A stretch of 64,000 nt of DNA, taken from the NCBI GenBank assembly GCA_963674755.2, contig CAXXVS010000002.1:1920001-1984000 (forward strand), given 5' to 3'. Of the stretch, positions 1 to 10,069 are shown in pieces. Made by a program: the position numbers and the translations under genes. The notes beneath the pieces were generated by a model, which saw only the letters and a program-made list of their open reading frames with translations, had not been told where the DNA came from and made no database searches. Each line of letters starts with the position of its first letter. Position 1 is the first letter of the stretch. This stretch comes from Desulfobacterales bacterium (GTDB lineage: Bacteria > Desulfobacterota > Desulfobacteria > Desulfobacterales > UBA5852).

Positions 1-811
1 CTTTCCAGGCATTCCAGGCTTGACCGGAAGGCTTCTTGCCGTGCACCATTTCGTAAACCTCGGGGAAACAGGGCAGATTCGGTTCGATGGGATCCCGCAC
101 GATATTGCCGTCATCGTCCAGCACGCCCCAGGTCATCAGGGGCACGGCCAAGCCCTGTTCCACCAAGGGCCGGACGTTTTTGATGTAAGCCGTGGAGGTC
201 TGATAGTCGATGCCGACCTCCCCCTGCTCAAAGGCCACTCGGCCGGCCCCGCGCCCCTTGTAGCCAAAAACCGCCTTGACGTTCAGCCCCAGCAGGTCAA
301 AGGCCAGCAGCGGGACGATATCCAGGGAGGTCGCTCCCTGGGAGGCGTAGTTCATCTCCGTGGTAAACCCTTTCAGGTCGGCGGCGGATTTGACGCCCAT
401 TTTAGGATTGATGTAAACCACCCCGCCGGTGGGCGAGGCGAACACGATGTGGTATTTGGCGAAATCATAGCGGACTTTGCTGTTGCCCAGAAGATAGGGA
501 AAGCTCGTGGACCCCGAGGAGCCGAATACCACCAGCCCGTCATTGCCCCGCACGCGCTGCGCAAAGTAGTTGCCACCTGTGATGCTGCCCCCGCCGGGCA
601 TGTTTTTGACAGCCACGATGGGGTTTCCCGGAAGGTATTTCTGAAAGAACGGGGCATACAGCCGCGACCAGACATCGCTGCCGCCCCCGACCCGGAAGGG
701 AATGATCCATTCGATTTTCTCACCTGAAAAATCAACCTCGGCCTGTGCCGCCGGTGCCGCCAGCACCAGGGCACATACCATCGCCAGAACGACGCTCAAC
801 CATTTTTTCAT
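1..811 (-). CDS. tctC: Tripartite tricarboxylate transporter substrate-binding protein (TctC/Bug family), 3'-partial (runs off the window)
   Basis: Not in ORF track (no stop in window). Manual translation from ATG 811: MKKWLSVVLAMVCALVLAAPAAQA (signal peptide) then IEWIIPFRVGGGSD...KNMPGGGS, the Bug-family motifs; open to base 1. Confidence 0.85.
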   Translation of the reverse strand, partial: MKKWLSVVLAMVCALVLAAPAAQAEVDFSGEKIEWIIPFRVGGGSDVWSRLYAPFFQKYLPGNPIVAVKNMPGGGSITGGNYFAQRVRGNDGLVVFGSSGSTSFPYLLGNSKVRYDFAKYHIVFASPTGGVVYINPKMGVKSAADLKGFTTEMNYASQGATSLDIVPLLAFDLLGLNVKAVFGYKGRGAGRVAFEQGEVGIDYQTSTAYIKNVRPLVEQGLAVPLMTWGVLDDDGNIVRDPIEPNLPCFPEVYEMVHGKKPSGQAWNAWK

Positions 812-1020
812 TGGGGAACCTCCTCTCCCAAATAACCCGGTGGATACCATTTCCGGGACCGGTGTCCTGCGGTCCCGCCCTCGACCTCTCCGTCTGAACG
901 GCCATCGGCAATGACTCCGCTTTCCCCAGGCGTGCGGAACACGTTGCGGACGGAAATGCGGTTCCCGACAAGCCCTCCGGGGGCCATGGGCCGGCGAACG
1001 ACATTTAATCCGACATAAAT

Positions 1021-1036
1021 TTCATAAAGTATGCCA
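1021..1036 (-). promoter_or_regulatory. Putative sigma-54 promoter of tctC (GG-N10-GA variant)
   Basis: Minus strand TGGCATACTTTATGAA; -12 dinucleotide is GA, not GC; next to a sigma-54 activator gene. Confidence 0.45.
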
Positions 1037-1140
1037 ATTACAAAAATCAAATTAATTTTTAATAACGTCCGTTTATTGGGTAGATGATGGTTCAGTTGCA
1101 CCGTGGTGGGGCGGGGCCTGTTAAAGTCGATTGACAATAT

Positions 1141-1167
1141 GTTTTAATTATGAAACTTATCGTTTCA
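1141..1167. promoter_or_regulatory. Putative enhancer site of the PrpR-type activator
   Basis: GTTTTA-ATTA-TGAAAC-TTATC-GTTTCA: GTTTCA/TGAAAC half-sites; a similar motif recurs at 9986-10002. Confidence 0.5.
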
Positions 1168-1199
1168 CATTTTTCACATTCTCCCATGGAAAGGCCCCC

Positions 1200-3128
1200 A
1201 TGCCCCATAAAAAAATCCGGATCGGTATTTTCGCTTCCAGCCACTCCCTGATCGAACGGGTCCAGATCCTGGCGGCCCGCCAGCAGGATCAGATCTTTAT
1301 CAATACCCAGGGACTGGACGACGCCATTCCCCTGGCGCGGGACATGGTTCGCAACGGGGTCGAGATCATCATCAGCCGACGGGGCACCGCTCATCTGCTG
1401 CGCGAAAACCTGCGCATCCCGGTGCTGTCCTTTCCCCACCGCTCCCTGGACATCCTGATCAGCCTAAAAAAAGCCGCCGCCCGAAGCCGCAAAATTCTCC
1501 TCCCGGTTTTTCGCCAGGAATGGAGCGGCATCGAAACACTCGAGGATTTGTTCCGTATCGAACTCGTCCAAAAAGTTTACCATGACAAACCCAGTCTCCG
1601 GCAGGCCGTCGCCGCGGCCTGCCGGGAGGGCTGCGACATGGCCGTCGGGGGCAGCGTGACCCAGCACTTCGCCGATGCCATGGAACTGAAATTCACCGAG
1701 ATCCGAACTTCGGACGAAGATGTCGCCGCCACCATCGAAGACGCCAAATCGATCGCCCTCTCGGCACGCAATCAAAAGGCCGCCACCCTGCGCTACCGCG
1801 CCATTATCGATGCCGCCTCGGACGGCATCATCGCCGTGGATGAAAACGGTCACATCACCACCGTCAATGCGGCCGCGGACATCCTGCTCAAAATCGGCCA
1901 GGAGGACGTTTTGGGGCGTCCGATCACCCAAGTGATTCCCGGCTGCCCGATCACCCAGGTCCTGATGACCAAAAAACCCATCAACGACCGTCTGACCCGC
2001 ATCGCAAAGGATCGCTATATCTTCAATTATCAGCCGGTCATGCTGGAGAATGCCGTCATCGGGGCCGTGGCGGCCTTCCGGGATATCGGTCATGTCATGC
2101 GCGCCGAGCAAGTGGTCCGCCGCTCCCTGTCCAAGGGGCTCGTGGCCAAATACGACCTCGACGACCTGATCCATGCCAGCCCGGCCATGCGCGATGTCGT
2201 CAATCTCGGGCGGCAGTATGCCGGCACCGACTCCACCATCCTGGTCGTGGGAGAAACCGGCACCGGCAAGGAAATTTTCGTCCACGGCATCCACAGCCTC
2301 AGCCAGCGTGCCGCGCAACCCTTTGTCTCGGTGAACTGCGCGGCCCTGCCCGAAACGCTGCTGGAAAGCGAATTGTTCGGCTATGAAGAAGGCGCCTTTA
2401 CCGGCTCCAAAAAGGGCGGCAAGGCCGGACGCTTCGAAATTGCCCATCAGGGCACCATTTTTCTGGACGAGATCGACTCCACCCCCGAAACGGTCCAGAT
2501 TCGCCTGTTGCGGGTCCTCCAAGAAAAGGAGGTCATGCGCGTGGGCGGCGACCGCAAGATCCCGGTGGATGTACGCATCATTGCCGCCGCCAGCCGGGAT
2601 TTGAACACCGCCGTCCAGGAAGGCAAATTCCGGGCGGACCTTTTCTTCCGGCTCAATGTGCTGCGGCTGCACATCCCCCCCTTGCGGCAGCGGCTGGAAG
2701 ACATCCCGCTGCTGTTGGATTTCTTCGTCCGCCACTTCTCCGAGCGTCACGGACTGGAGCCCATCGCGCTGCCCGAGGTCTACCTCGAACGGTTGACGGC
2801 CTATGCCTGGCCGGGCAATGTGCGCCAGTTGCGCAACTTCGCCGAACGGCTGGTGATGAACTGCAGCCTGCGCTGCAGTCCGGATACCCTGGAAGTGCTC
2901 TACCGGGAATTGCTGCAATATGGCAGCCCCCAGGTGGTGCCGGAGAAAACCGCCGCGGTGGCCGACACCCTCAAAGACCGCCTCAAAGTCCACACCCTGG
3001 ACAACGAGCGCAGCATCATTCTGGATGCCCTCGAAAAGTGCCGCTTCCATAAAAACAAGGCCGCCGAACGCCTCGGGATCAGCCGCACCACCCTTTGGCG
3101 TAAGATCAAGGAACTCGGGATTGACTGA
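1200..3128 (+). CDS. PrpR-family sigma-54-dependent activator (PrpR_N, PAS, AAA+, Fis-type HTH)
   Basis: IISRRGTA PrpR-like N-terminus, PAS, GETGTGKE, GAFTG(S), FLDEI, WPGNVRQL, C-terminal AAERLGISRTTLWRK. Start set at MPHKK. Confidence 0.9.
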   Translation: MPHKKIRIGIFASSHSLIERVQILAARQQDQIFINTQGLDDAIPLARDMVRNGVEIIISRRGTAHLLRENLRIPVLSFPHRSLDILISLKKAAARSRKILLPVFRQEWSGIETLEDLFRIELVQKVYHDKPSLRQAVAAACREGCDMAVGGSVTQHFADAMELKFTEIRTSDEDVAATIEDAKSIALSARNQKAATLRYRAIIDAASDGIIAVDENGHITTVNAAADILLKIGQEDVLGRPITQVIPGCPITQVLMTKKPINDRLTRIAKDRYIFNYQPVMLENAVIGAVAAFRDIGHVMRAEQVVRRSLSKGLVAKYDLDDLIHASPAMRDVVNLGRQYAGTDSTILVVGETGTGKEIFVHGIHSLSQRAAQPFVSVNCAALPETLLESELFGYEEGAFTGSKKGGKAGRFEIAHQGTIFLDEIDSTPETVQIRLLRVLQEKEVMRVGGDRKIPVDVRIIAAASRDLNTAVQEGKFRADLFFRLNVLRLHIPPLRQRLEDIPLLLDFFVRHFSERHGLEPIALPEVYLERLTAYAWPGNVRQLRNFAERLVMNCSLRCSPDTLEVLYRELLQYGSPQVVPEKTAAVADTLKDRLKVHTLDNERSIILDALEKCRFHKNKAAERLGISRTTLWRKIKELGID

Positions 3129-3164
3129 CGCCCCCACGGGGAGGACCGCGCCCGTGGAGATCAC

Positions 3165-3180
3165 TGGCATTTATCTTGCT
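3165..3180 (+). promoter_or_regulatory. Sigma-54 promoter for the prpF-like operon
   Basis: TGGCATTTATCTTGCT, canonical GG-N10-GC, about 145 bp upstream of ATG 3326. Confidence 0.8.
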
Positions 3181-3325
3181 TAAAACATTCAGGAAGCCAC
3201 GTCTCTGTTCCGGAAACTCCGATGCGGCCAAATGCGGACCCCGCCGGTCTGCCATGCCACCGGCGATCTGAGGCTCCCGCAATCCGCTCGTCACCGCTCA
3301 CAATGCCAGAAGGAGGCCATCGGCC

Positions 3326-4480
3326 ATGCAAAAACGTATTCCCGCAGTCCTGATGCGGGGTGGCACCAGCAAAGCATTGTTCTTCCATGACAACCACCTG
3401 CCCCAGGATCCCGCTATCCGCAGCCGGGTCGTTCTGGCGGCTTTCGGCAGCCCGGATCCTAACCGGCGCCAGATCGACGGATTGGGCGGCGGTGTCAGCA
3501 CCACCAGCAAGATGGCCATCATCAGCCCTTCTCCATCGCCGGATTACGATGTGGTCTACAATTTCGGGCAGGTTTCCATCGACCGGCCCATCGTGGATTA
3601 CAAAAGCAACTGCGGCAATATTTCTTCGGCCGTGGGACCCTTCGCGGTGGATGAAGGTCTGGTCAAGGTGGTGGAACCCGTCACCCGGGTCCGCATCCAC
3701 CAGTTGAACACCAACAAGCTGATCACGGCCGAGGTTCCGGTCAAGGACGGCCGCTTCGACGAAACGGGCGACTACAGCATCGCCGGGGTACCGGGGACCC
3801 ATGCGCGTATCACCCTGCGGTTTGCCGACCCGGGCGGGGCCGTCACCGGCCGGCTTTTCCCCACCGGCCATCGCCGGGATGACATCGAGGTGCCGGGCCA
3901 CGGCCGGGTCACCATCACCATCATCGACGCCGCCAACCCGGTGGTTCTGGTGCGAGCGGAGGCCATCGGGCTGACCGGCACCGAGATCGACGAAATCGAA
4001 GCCACTCCGGACATCAAACGCACCCTGGAAGCCATCCGCTGCCAGGCCGCCGTCATGACCGGGCTGGCCGCCAGCACGGAGGAGGCCACCCAGCGCAGCC
4101 AGGCCGTACCCAAGATCGCCTTCGTGGCGCCCCCCCGGTCGTACACCGACACGGGCGGACGCACGGTGGCCGCCGAGGCCATCGACATCACGGCCCGCAT
4201 CATGTCCATGGGCACCCTGCACCGCTCCTACGCCGTCAGCGGGGGCATCGCCACGGCCGGTGCCGCCATGATTCCCGACACGGTGGCCTACGATCTCCTG
4301 ACGGATGCAGCCCGCCAGCGGGATCTGCTGCGCATCGGACATCCCGGGGGCATCATCGACCTGGGCGCCGCCATCGACCTGGAAGGAAACGACTGCACCT
4401 ACCGCGAGGCGATCGTCGGCCGCACCGCCCGGCGCCTCATGGAAGGCTACGCCCTGGTTCCGGAAGAGCACTTCGGATAG
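3326..4480 (+). CDS. PrpF family isomerase (methyl-aconitate/aconitate-type)
   Basis: MRGGTSK, QIDGLGGG.STTSK, NCGNIS, SMGTLH, GRTARRLMEG; GGAGG RBS. Confidence 0.92.
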   Translation: MQKRIPAVLMRGGTSKALFFHDNHLPQDPAIRSRVVLAAFGSPDPNRRQIDGLGGGVSTTSKMAIISPSPSPDYDVVYNFGQVSIDRPIVDYKSNCGNISSAVGPFAVDEGLVKVVEPVTRVRIHQLNTNKLITAEVPVKDGRFDETGDYSIAGVPGTHARITLRFADPGGAVTGRLFPTGHRRDDIEVPGHGRVTITIIDAANPVVLVRAEAIGLTGTEIDEIEATPDIKRTLEAIRCQAAVMTGLAASTEEATQRSQAVPKIAFVAPPRSYTDTGGRTVAAEAIDITARIMSMGTLHRSYAVSGGIATAGAAMIPDTVAYDLLTDAARQRDLLRIGHPGGIIDLGAAIDLEGNDCTYREAIVGRTARRLMEGYALVPEEHFG

Positions 4481-4552
4481 CCCCCAAGCCGGCCCACAGG
4501 CCGCCCGTCCGGATGCCCCGCCTCCGGCAACCGTGCAGGCAAGGAAAACGCA

Positions 4553-5647
4553 ATGACTGCAAGCTATTGGGTCGTCATTCTACCGGGCGACGGCATCGGC
4601 CCCGAAATCGTCGACGCCACCCTGGAAGTACTGGAAACCCTGCAAAATCTGTCGGGCCGTTTCGCCCTGATCTACGAATTTCACCAGGCCGGGGCGGGCT
4701 GCTACCGGGAGACCGGGCAGACCATTACCGACGAAGCCCTGGAGGCGTTTCAACGGGCCAACGCCACCCTCAAAGGGCCGGTGGGGCTGCCGGACGTGCG
4801 ACGTCCGGACGGTACCGAAGCGGGGCTCCTGGGGGGCGAGCTGCGGGTGCGCTTCGATCTTTTCGCCAACGTACGCCCCATCCGCCTCTACCCCAACGTG
4901 GCCTGCCCATTGCGGGACCATGCGCCCGATCATATCGACTACATCATCGTGCGGGAAAACTGCGAAGGGCTGTATCTTTCGCGGGGCTTAGGGCTCACCA
5001 CGCCCCAGGCTGCCACCGACACCCTCCTCCTGACGGCCCAAGGCTGCGAGCGTATTGCCCGGCACGCCTTCCGCCTGGCGCAGACCAAGGAACGGGGCGC
5101 CCCCGGGGACGGCAAACGGCGGGTGACCCTGGTGGACAAGAGCAACGTCCTGCGCTCCTTCGCTTTTTTCCGCAGGATTTTCCTGGAGGTCGCGGCGGAC
5201 TATCCCGATGTGACCGCCGAATGCCTTTACATCGACGCGGCGGCCGCCGCCCTGGTCAACCGCCCCGAGCACTTTCAGATCATCGTGACCGAAAACCTGT
5301 TCGGGGATATCCTAAGCGACCTGGGGGGCGCCACCATCGGCGGACTCGGCATGTGCCCGGGCGCCAATATCGGCACCCGCCTCGCCTATTTCGAGCCCAT
5401 CCACGGTTCGGCGCCGGACATTGCCGGCCGCCGTCTGGCCAACCCCACCTCCCAGATCCTGGCTGCGGCCATGATGCTCCGCCATCTGGGAGAGGAGGAA
5501 GATGCCGCTCTCTTGGAGAGGGCCGTCTGGGAGCTCTACGCGCGCAAGCGCATACCACTGATGCCCACCGGTACGATCGAGGGTGGCCCGACCCTTGTTG
5601 CCAGGGAATTGCAAAACGTTCTCAAATCACTAATCGACCGCGCCTGA
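4553..5647 (+). CDS. Isocitrate/isopropylmalate-family beta-decarboxylating dehydrogenase
   Basis: LPGDGIGPEI, RENCEGLY, VDKSNVL, NLFGDILSDL, FEPIHGSAPDIAG, ANP. Confidence 0.92.
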   Translation: MTASYWVVILPGDGIGPEIVDATLEVLETLQNLSGRFALIYEFHQAGAGCYRETGQTITDEALEAFQRANATLKGPVGLPDVRRPDGTEAGLLGGELRVRFDLFANVRPIRLYPNVACPLRDHAPDHIDYIIVRENCEGLYLSRGLGLTTPQAATDTLLLTAQGCERIARHAFRLAQTKERGAPGDGKRRVTLVDKSNVLRSFAFFRRIFLEVAADYPDVTAECLYIDAAAAALVNRPEHFQIIVTENLFGDILSDLGGATIGGLGMCPGANIGTRLAYFEPIHGSAPDIAGRRLANPTSQILAAAMMLRHLGEEEDAALLERAVWELYARKRIPLMPTGTIEGGPTLVARELQNVLKSLIDRA

Positions 5648-5677
5648 TCTCGTGAGCCCGGCCCAAAGGATCGCCCT

Positions 5678-6172
5678 ATGAATCCCAATTTCGGATGGAT
5701 AACCTATATCGTTATCGGTACCCTCGGCGGTATCGCCGGATCCCGTCTCAAAATCCCGGCCGGGAGCCTGATCGTGGCCATGCTGGCGATCATCGTCTTC
5801 AAACTGATTACCCGAACCCACTGGGAAATGCCCCGGGGATTCAATTTCATCCTGCAGATCGCCCTGGGGATCATGGTGGGGGCCTCGTTTCAACCGGCCA
5901 TGCTGCCCGTTCTCCGGCAGATCTTCTTCCCGGTGCTGGCCTCCACCCTGACCCTGGTGGGGGTGGGCATCCTGCTGTCCATCATCTTCACCCGCATGGG
6001 GGTTCTGGACGCCCCTTCGGCCTATCTGGGCACCAGCCCCGGTGCCATGAGCGCCCTGATCGTGCTGGCCTTTGAAAGCGGCTCCAGCGCCACCTTGGTG
6101 GTCTGTTTTCACTTTTTCCGGGTGGTGTTTGTGATTTTGACGGCGCCTCTCCTCCTAAAATTCTTCTCCTGA
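5678..6172 (+). CDS. AbrB-family (PF05145-like) membrane protein
   Basis: Hydrophobic; IPAGSLI, Q-LGIMVG, LGTSPGAMS, HFFR motifs. Confidence 0.8.
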   Translation: MNPNFGWITYIVIGTLGGIAGSRLKIPAGSLIVAMLAIIVFKLITRTHWEMPRGFNFILQIALGIMVGASFQPAMLPVLRQIFFPVLASTLTLVGVGILLSIIFTRMGVLDAPSAYLGTSPGAMSALIVLAFESGSSATLVVCFHFFRVVFVILTAPLLLKFFS

Positions 6173-6182
6173 GACGGGTGCG

Positions 6183-6286
6183 TAAGCGGTCCAATATCGG
6201 CGTTGCGCGGCGCTCCTCGTCGCTGCGACGTACCTGGTGTACGTCTCACTCCTCAGATCTTGCGCGCCTTGATCTTGAACCGCTTA
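6183..6286 (+). repeat. Palindromic MITE-like element, copy E
   Basis: Terminal stem TAAGCGGTCCAATATC / GATCTTGAACCGCTTA; core GGCGTT..CCTCG..CGTAC..GTACG..GCG..CCTTG..GAAC; right end includes the TAA of the QueG-like gene. Confidence 0.65.
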
Positions 6287-7156
6287 TCGATCGCCGGGGA
6301 TGGGGATGCACGACTCGCAGGGCACGCCGGTCTGGCACAGGCCGCAGCCCTTGCCTTCGAAGCCGTAGCGGGATTTGATGGCGGGCATGGTCGTCCCGCG
6401 GATATAGGCTTTGCATTTGACCTTGTCGTGGCCGGCCGCCGTGATGGCGCCGGCCGGGCAGCGCTGCATGCACTTGCCGCAAATGCCCCGGGTGTGGAAG
6501 AGGCAATAGGCGTGGTGGTGGTCGTAGGACCGGGGGGAGGGAGCGATCCGGATCGCGGCCACCACCGATCCCACCCGGATGGCCTTGCCCAGGGGCGTGA
6601 TCAGACCGTCGCTCAACCCGAAGGTTCCCAGTCCGCAGGCATAGGCCGCGTGGCGCTCCGACCAGGTGGAGGCATAGCCGTGCTTCGGGGATTCCCGTTT
6701 TTCCCAAGAGGGGGAGAGCATCGGCGCCACGGCCCGGATGCCGGCCGCTTCCAGCCGATCGACGGCATACTGTCTTACCTTGACGTTGAACAATTCACCG
6801 AACGTCCGCGCCCGGCTCCAGGGCTCGGCCGGAAATTGCTTCTCCCGACTATTGGCGGTCTTGGTGGCCCGGGTCTGGGGCAGGATCCAGCTGATGACGG
6901 TCAGGGCATCCGCCCCGACAGGGGTATCTGGAAAGGACCGCGCAAAGATTTCCTGCGGTGTCCAGTGAAAAGGCCCGACATGGTCCTTGTAAGCCTCGAA
7001 CAGGGGGTCGTCCCCGGCCGCAAATCCCACCAAAGGCGTGTCAAAGGCTCTTGTGCGCCCCGCATCCTGCAGATGGTTTTCCGGCGAGTGCGCCACATAG
7101 TGCCGGATGCCGTCCTGGATCCACCCGGCCGTGCCCGCTTGTCCTTCGCCCGTCAT
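6284..7156 (-). CDS. Epoxyqueuosine reductase (QueG)-like Fe-S protein
   Basis: WSERHAAYACGLGTFGLS, RVGSVV, CGKCMQRCP, CGLCQTGVPC. Confidence 0.8.
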   Translation of the reverse strand: MTGEGQAGTAGWIQDGIRHYVAHSPENHLQDAGRTRAFDTPLVGFAAGDDPLFEAYKDHVGPFHWTPQEIFARSFPDTPVGADALTVISWILPQTRATKTANSREKQFPAEPWSRARTFGELFNVKVRQYAVDRLEAAGIRAVAPMLSPSWEKRESPKHGYASTWSERHAAYACGLGTFGLSDGLITPLGKAIRVGSVVAAIRIAPSPRSYDHHHAYCLFHTRGICGKCMQRCPAGAITAAGHDKVKCKAYIRGTTMPAIKSRYGFEGKGCGLCQTGVPCESCIPIPGDR

Positions 7157-7275
7157 GAATTCTCCCTCCCGACCTCGCTCCGCAAGACATCATTCCATGC
7201 CGCCCGGCCACAGGGCAGCGCTCTTCATTGATGCTTCGCCCGCACCTTACTGGCCGGACCCGGCGAGCGCTTTCC

Positions 7276-8376
7276 TCACCTTTTCTCGTGGGATTGTTCG
7301 GCCGCATTGCGAACCAGCGCCGCATAGCGGTAAAGTCCGTGCAGGAACTTGCCGTAAGGCATGGTGATGAACAACCCCAGGACAAACCCGAGATGAATGG
7401 CGAGCAGGCCTCCCATGAGCGGCGTCGCCCGGAACACGAGAAGCAGCAAGCCGGTCAGACCCGTCATGAAAAGCACGATGATAAAGGCCATATCCATACC
7501 AAGGGTTTCCGGCGCAGCCGGTTTGCGGTCCATCCGACGCTTGAGATAGAACAGTCCCCCCGTACCGATCACCAGGGCCAGCCCTCCCAGGGTTCCCAGT
7601 AGAACGGGCCAGCTCCAGAAGGGATAGGGCGCCGGTCGGTGCAGCAGGTGGTCATAGAAGAACGCTACCGTAGTAGAAGTCAAGCACAGTAGAAAGCCAT
7701 AGAAGACCGCGTGGTGCAGGCGGCGACGGATCATGCTGAAGCGATCGTCGGGGTAGTTGCAGCCGTGCCCCCCGCCGTCCAGATATTTGAGCCGCAGGAC
7801 ATCCCAGACCGCCTGCCGGTGCGCCGGCCAGCGCTTGAGCTCTTCCGGGGTGCCGCCGAAAACCTGCCATAAACGGACGAACCCCTTGCCAAGGCCCACC
7901 AGCACCCACACGGCCAGCGCCATGAACGGCAATACCATGGCGGCATAGGGGATCACCTGGTAGAAGGCGCCTTCTCCCGTATGGGTGGCGAAGAGCACGC
8001 CACGCCCCTGGAACAAAAGGGTCAGCACAAGCACCAGCGCGACACCGAGGGCGGCGATCAGCCCGACGATCAGGCCGTTGTTCTGGAAAAAGCCCGCCAT
8101 GGCCCTGGGCCAGCTCGCCTCCCGGTAGGTGTCCTGGCGCAGCTCCGCCAGGGTCCGGGGCACGTTGAGCATGAACTCGTGGGGCGGTGCATACTGGCAG
8201 GCATAATAGCAGCCGCGGCAGTTGTGGCAGAGATTGGCCAGATATTTCAGGTCCTGTTCCGAGAACACCCGCCGCAGTTCCATGGCCGGAAAGACGGCGC
8301 AAAACCCTTCGCAGTAGCGGCAGGCATTGCAGATCGTCATCACCCGGTCAGCTTCCTTTAAGATTGTCGATGACAT
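7276..8376 (-). CDS. tcuB: Tricarballylate utilization Fe-S membrane protein TcuB
   Basis: CNACRYCEGFCAVFP, LCHNCRGCYYACQYAPPHEF, TM helices, PYGKFLH; directly after tcuA. Confidence 0.93.
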   Translation of the reverse strand: MSSTILKEADRVMTICNACRYCEGFCAVFPAMELRRVFSEQDLKYLANLCHNCRGCYYACQYAPPHEFMLNVPRTLAELRQDTYREASWPRAMAGFFQNNGLIVGLIAALGVALVLVLTLLFQGRGVLFATHTGEGAFYQVIPYAAMVLPFMALAVWVLVGLGKGFVRLWQVFGGTPEELKRWPAHRQAVWDVLRLKYLDGGGHGCNYPDDRFSMIRRRLHHAVFYGFLLCLTSTTVAFFYDHLLHRPAPYPFWSWPVLLGTLGGLALVIGTGGLFYLKRRMDRKPAAPETLGMDMAFIIVLFMTGLTGLLLLVFRATPLMGGLLAIHLGFVLGLFITMPYGKFLHGLYRYAALVRNAAEQSHEKR

Positions 8377-9790
8377 GGTGCACCGCCTCCTTTCCTGCGA
8401 TTCGACCAAAAACCGTACCGATGGTCATCCCGAAGCCGGCCATGTAGCCCTGCCCCAGGATGTTGCCCGCCATGATCTCGCCGGCCGCGAAGATGTTCGG
8501 GGACGGGCGGCCGTCCTGGAGCACCACCTGGGCCCGCTCGTTGACGGTCACCCCGAGATAGGTGAAGGTGATCCCCGGTCGCAGGGGATAGCCGTAAAAG
8601 GGCGGCGTATCCAGGGGCCGGGCCCAGTGGCTTTTGGGCGGTGTCAAACCTTCGGTGGCACAGGCGTCCAGCTCCGCCGGATCGAATGCCGCGGGACGCG
8701 TGGCGGCGTTGAAGGCGGCCACGGTTTCTTCCAGAGCGTCCGGATCCAGGGTCAGCTTATCGGCCATCTCCCGGATCGAGGCCGCCTCGATGGGCGGAAA
8801 CACCGAGGGCATGAAGAGCTCGATGGACTTGGCATCGATGATTGAATAGGCGATCTGCTCGGGCTGCTGGGCCACCAGACGCCCCCAGATGGCATAGCGT
8901 TTGGGCCAGAAATCCTCCCCTTCGTCGTAAAAGCGTTCGGCGTTCCGGTTGACGACGATCCCGAAGGAGACGCAGTCCAGCCGCGTCACGATGCCGCCGT
9001 CGAATTTGGGCGCCCGGGCATCGATGGCCACGGCGTGGCATTGTCGGGGGTCGCCCACGGGCCTGGCGCCCTGATCCAGCAGAAGGCGCAGCAGGCGCCC
9101 CTTGTCATAGGGCGTGCCGCGGATGATGAAGTTGTCGGCGGCCTCCCCCCAGGCTTCTTTCAGCCAGTCGATATTGGCCTGGAACCCGCCGGCCGCCACC
9201 ACCACGGCCCGGGCCGTGACAGTCCGGCGAACGCCGTCCTTTTCGACGGTGGCCGAGGTGAAACAGCCATCTTCAATAACAAGGTCCACCACTTCCGCTT
9301 CGTATAAAATAGCGACCCCCAGCCGCCGGGCGTTGGCATAATAGGCGTTCATCAGAGCCTTGCCGCCGCCCAGGAAAAAAGCATTGGTGCGGGAGAGGTG
9401 CAGGGTGCCGCGCATGGAGGGCTGGAACATGCAGCCGTGCCGGACCATCCAGGCGCCCAGATTGTTTGATTCGCGGATGGCGAAACGCGCCAGGTCCTCG
9501 TTCGTCTTGCCGGCGGTGACGCGCATCAGGTCGTCCCAGAATTCTTCCTCGAGATAGGGGCCGGTCAAATGGCTGTTGGCGCTGGTGTGCAGATAGCGCA
9601 GATTGCGCGTATGCCGGCTGTTGCCCCCCCGGAACTCGAAGGGGGCGCTTTCCAGCAGCAGCACGCTGGCTCCGGCTTCCCGTGCGGTCATGGCGGCACA
9701 CAGGGCCGCGTTGCCGCCGCCCACGACGAGCACGTCGTAGGTACGGGAAAGATCGGCGGTGGTTTGACCGGTCGCGGTCATGGCGGTCAC
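8348..9790 (-). CDS. tcuA: FAD-dependent tricarballylate dehydrogenase TcuA
   Basis: DVLVVGGGNAALCAA, RGGNSRHTRN, TNAFFLGGGK, APKFDGGIVTR, EGEDFWPKRYAIWG; strong RBS. Confidence 0.95.
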   Translation of the reverse strand: MTAMTATGQTTADLSRTYDVLVVGGGNAALCAAMTAREAGASVLLLESAPFEFRGGNSRHTRNLRYLHTSANSHLTGPYLEEEFWDDLMRVTAGKTNEDLARFAIRESNNLGAWMVRHGCMFQPSMRGTLHLSRTNAFFLGGGKALMNAYYANARRLGVAILYEAEVVDLVIEDGCFTSATVEKDGVRRTVTARAVVVAAGGFQANIDWLKEAWGEAADNFIIRGTPYDKGRLLRLLLDQGARPVGDPRQCHAVAIDARAPKFDGGIVTRLDCVSFGIVVNRNAERFYDEGEDFWPKRYAIWGRLVAQQPEQIAYSIIDAKSIELFMPSVFPPIEAASIREMADKLTLDPDALEETVAAFNAATRPAAFDPAELDACATEGLTPPKSHWARPLDTPPFYGYPLRPGITFTYLGVTVNERAQVVLQDGRPSPNIFAAGEIMAGNILGQGYMAGFGMTIGTVFGRIAGKEAVHHVIDNLKGS

Positions 9791-9895
9791 GTTGGGTTCC
9801 TCCTCCTGGTCTATTGGTTGCGTCTATCGATTGCGTCTATGGGCTGCGGCCCCTCCGGCACAGGGCCGGTGGCCTGCCAAAAAAGCAAAAGGCCT

Positions 9896-9911
9896 CTCAA
9901 AATGCGTACCA
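9896..9911 (-). promoter_or_regulatory. Putative sigma-54 promoter of tcuA (GG-N10-GA variant)
   Basis: Minus strand TGGTACGCATTTTGAG, about 105 bp upstream of tcuA. Confidence 0.5.
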
Positions 9912-9985
9912 ATTTTGCGATCGGCGCCATAATTCGGCCCCTGTAAGGACAAGGGCGACCATGGCAAGATTTCCCATCGCTATTA

Positions 9986-10012
9986 TAAAACATAACGTTT
10001 CATTTATTGGAC
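9986..10012. promoter_or_regulatory. Putative PrpR-type enhancer site upstream of tcuA
   Basis: TAAAAC-ATAAC-GTTTCA-TTTAT-TGGAC resembles TGAAAC-TTATC-GTTTCA at 1151-1167. Confidence 0.45.
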
Positions 10013-10069
10013 ACTTTGTGTCAACATCGTGTTCCTCGTGCGGCCACCTCCTTGCCGACCTAACACATT

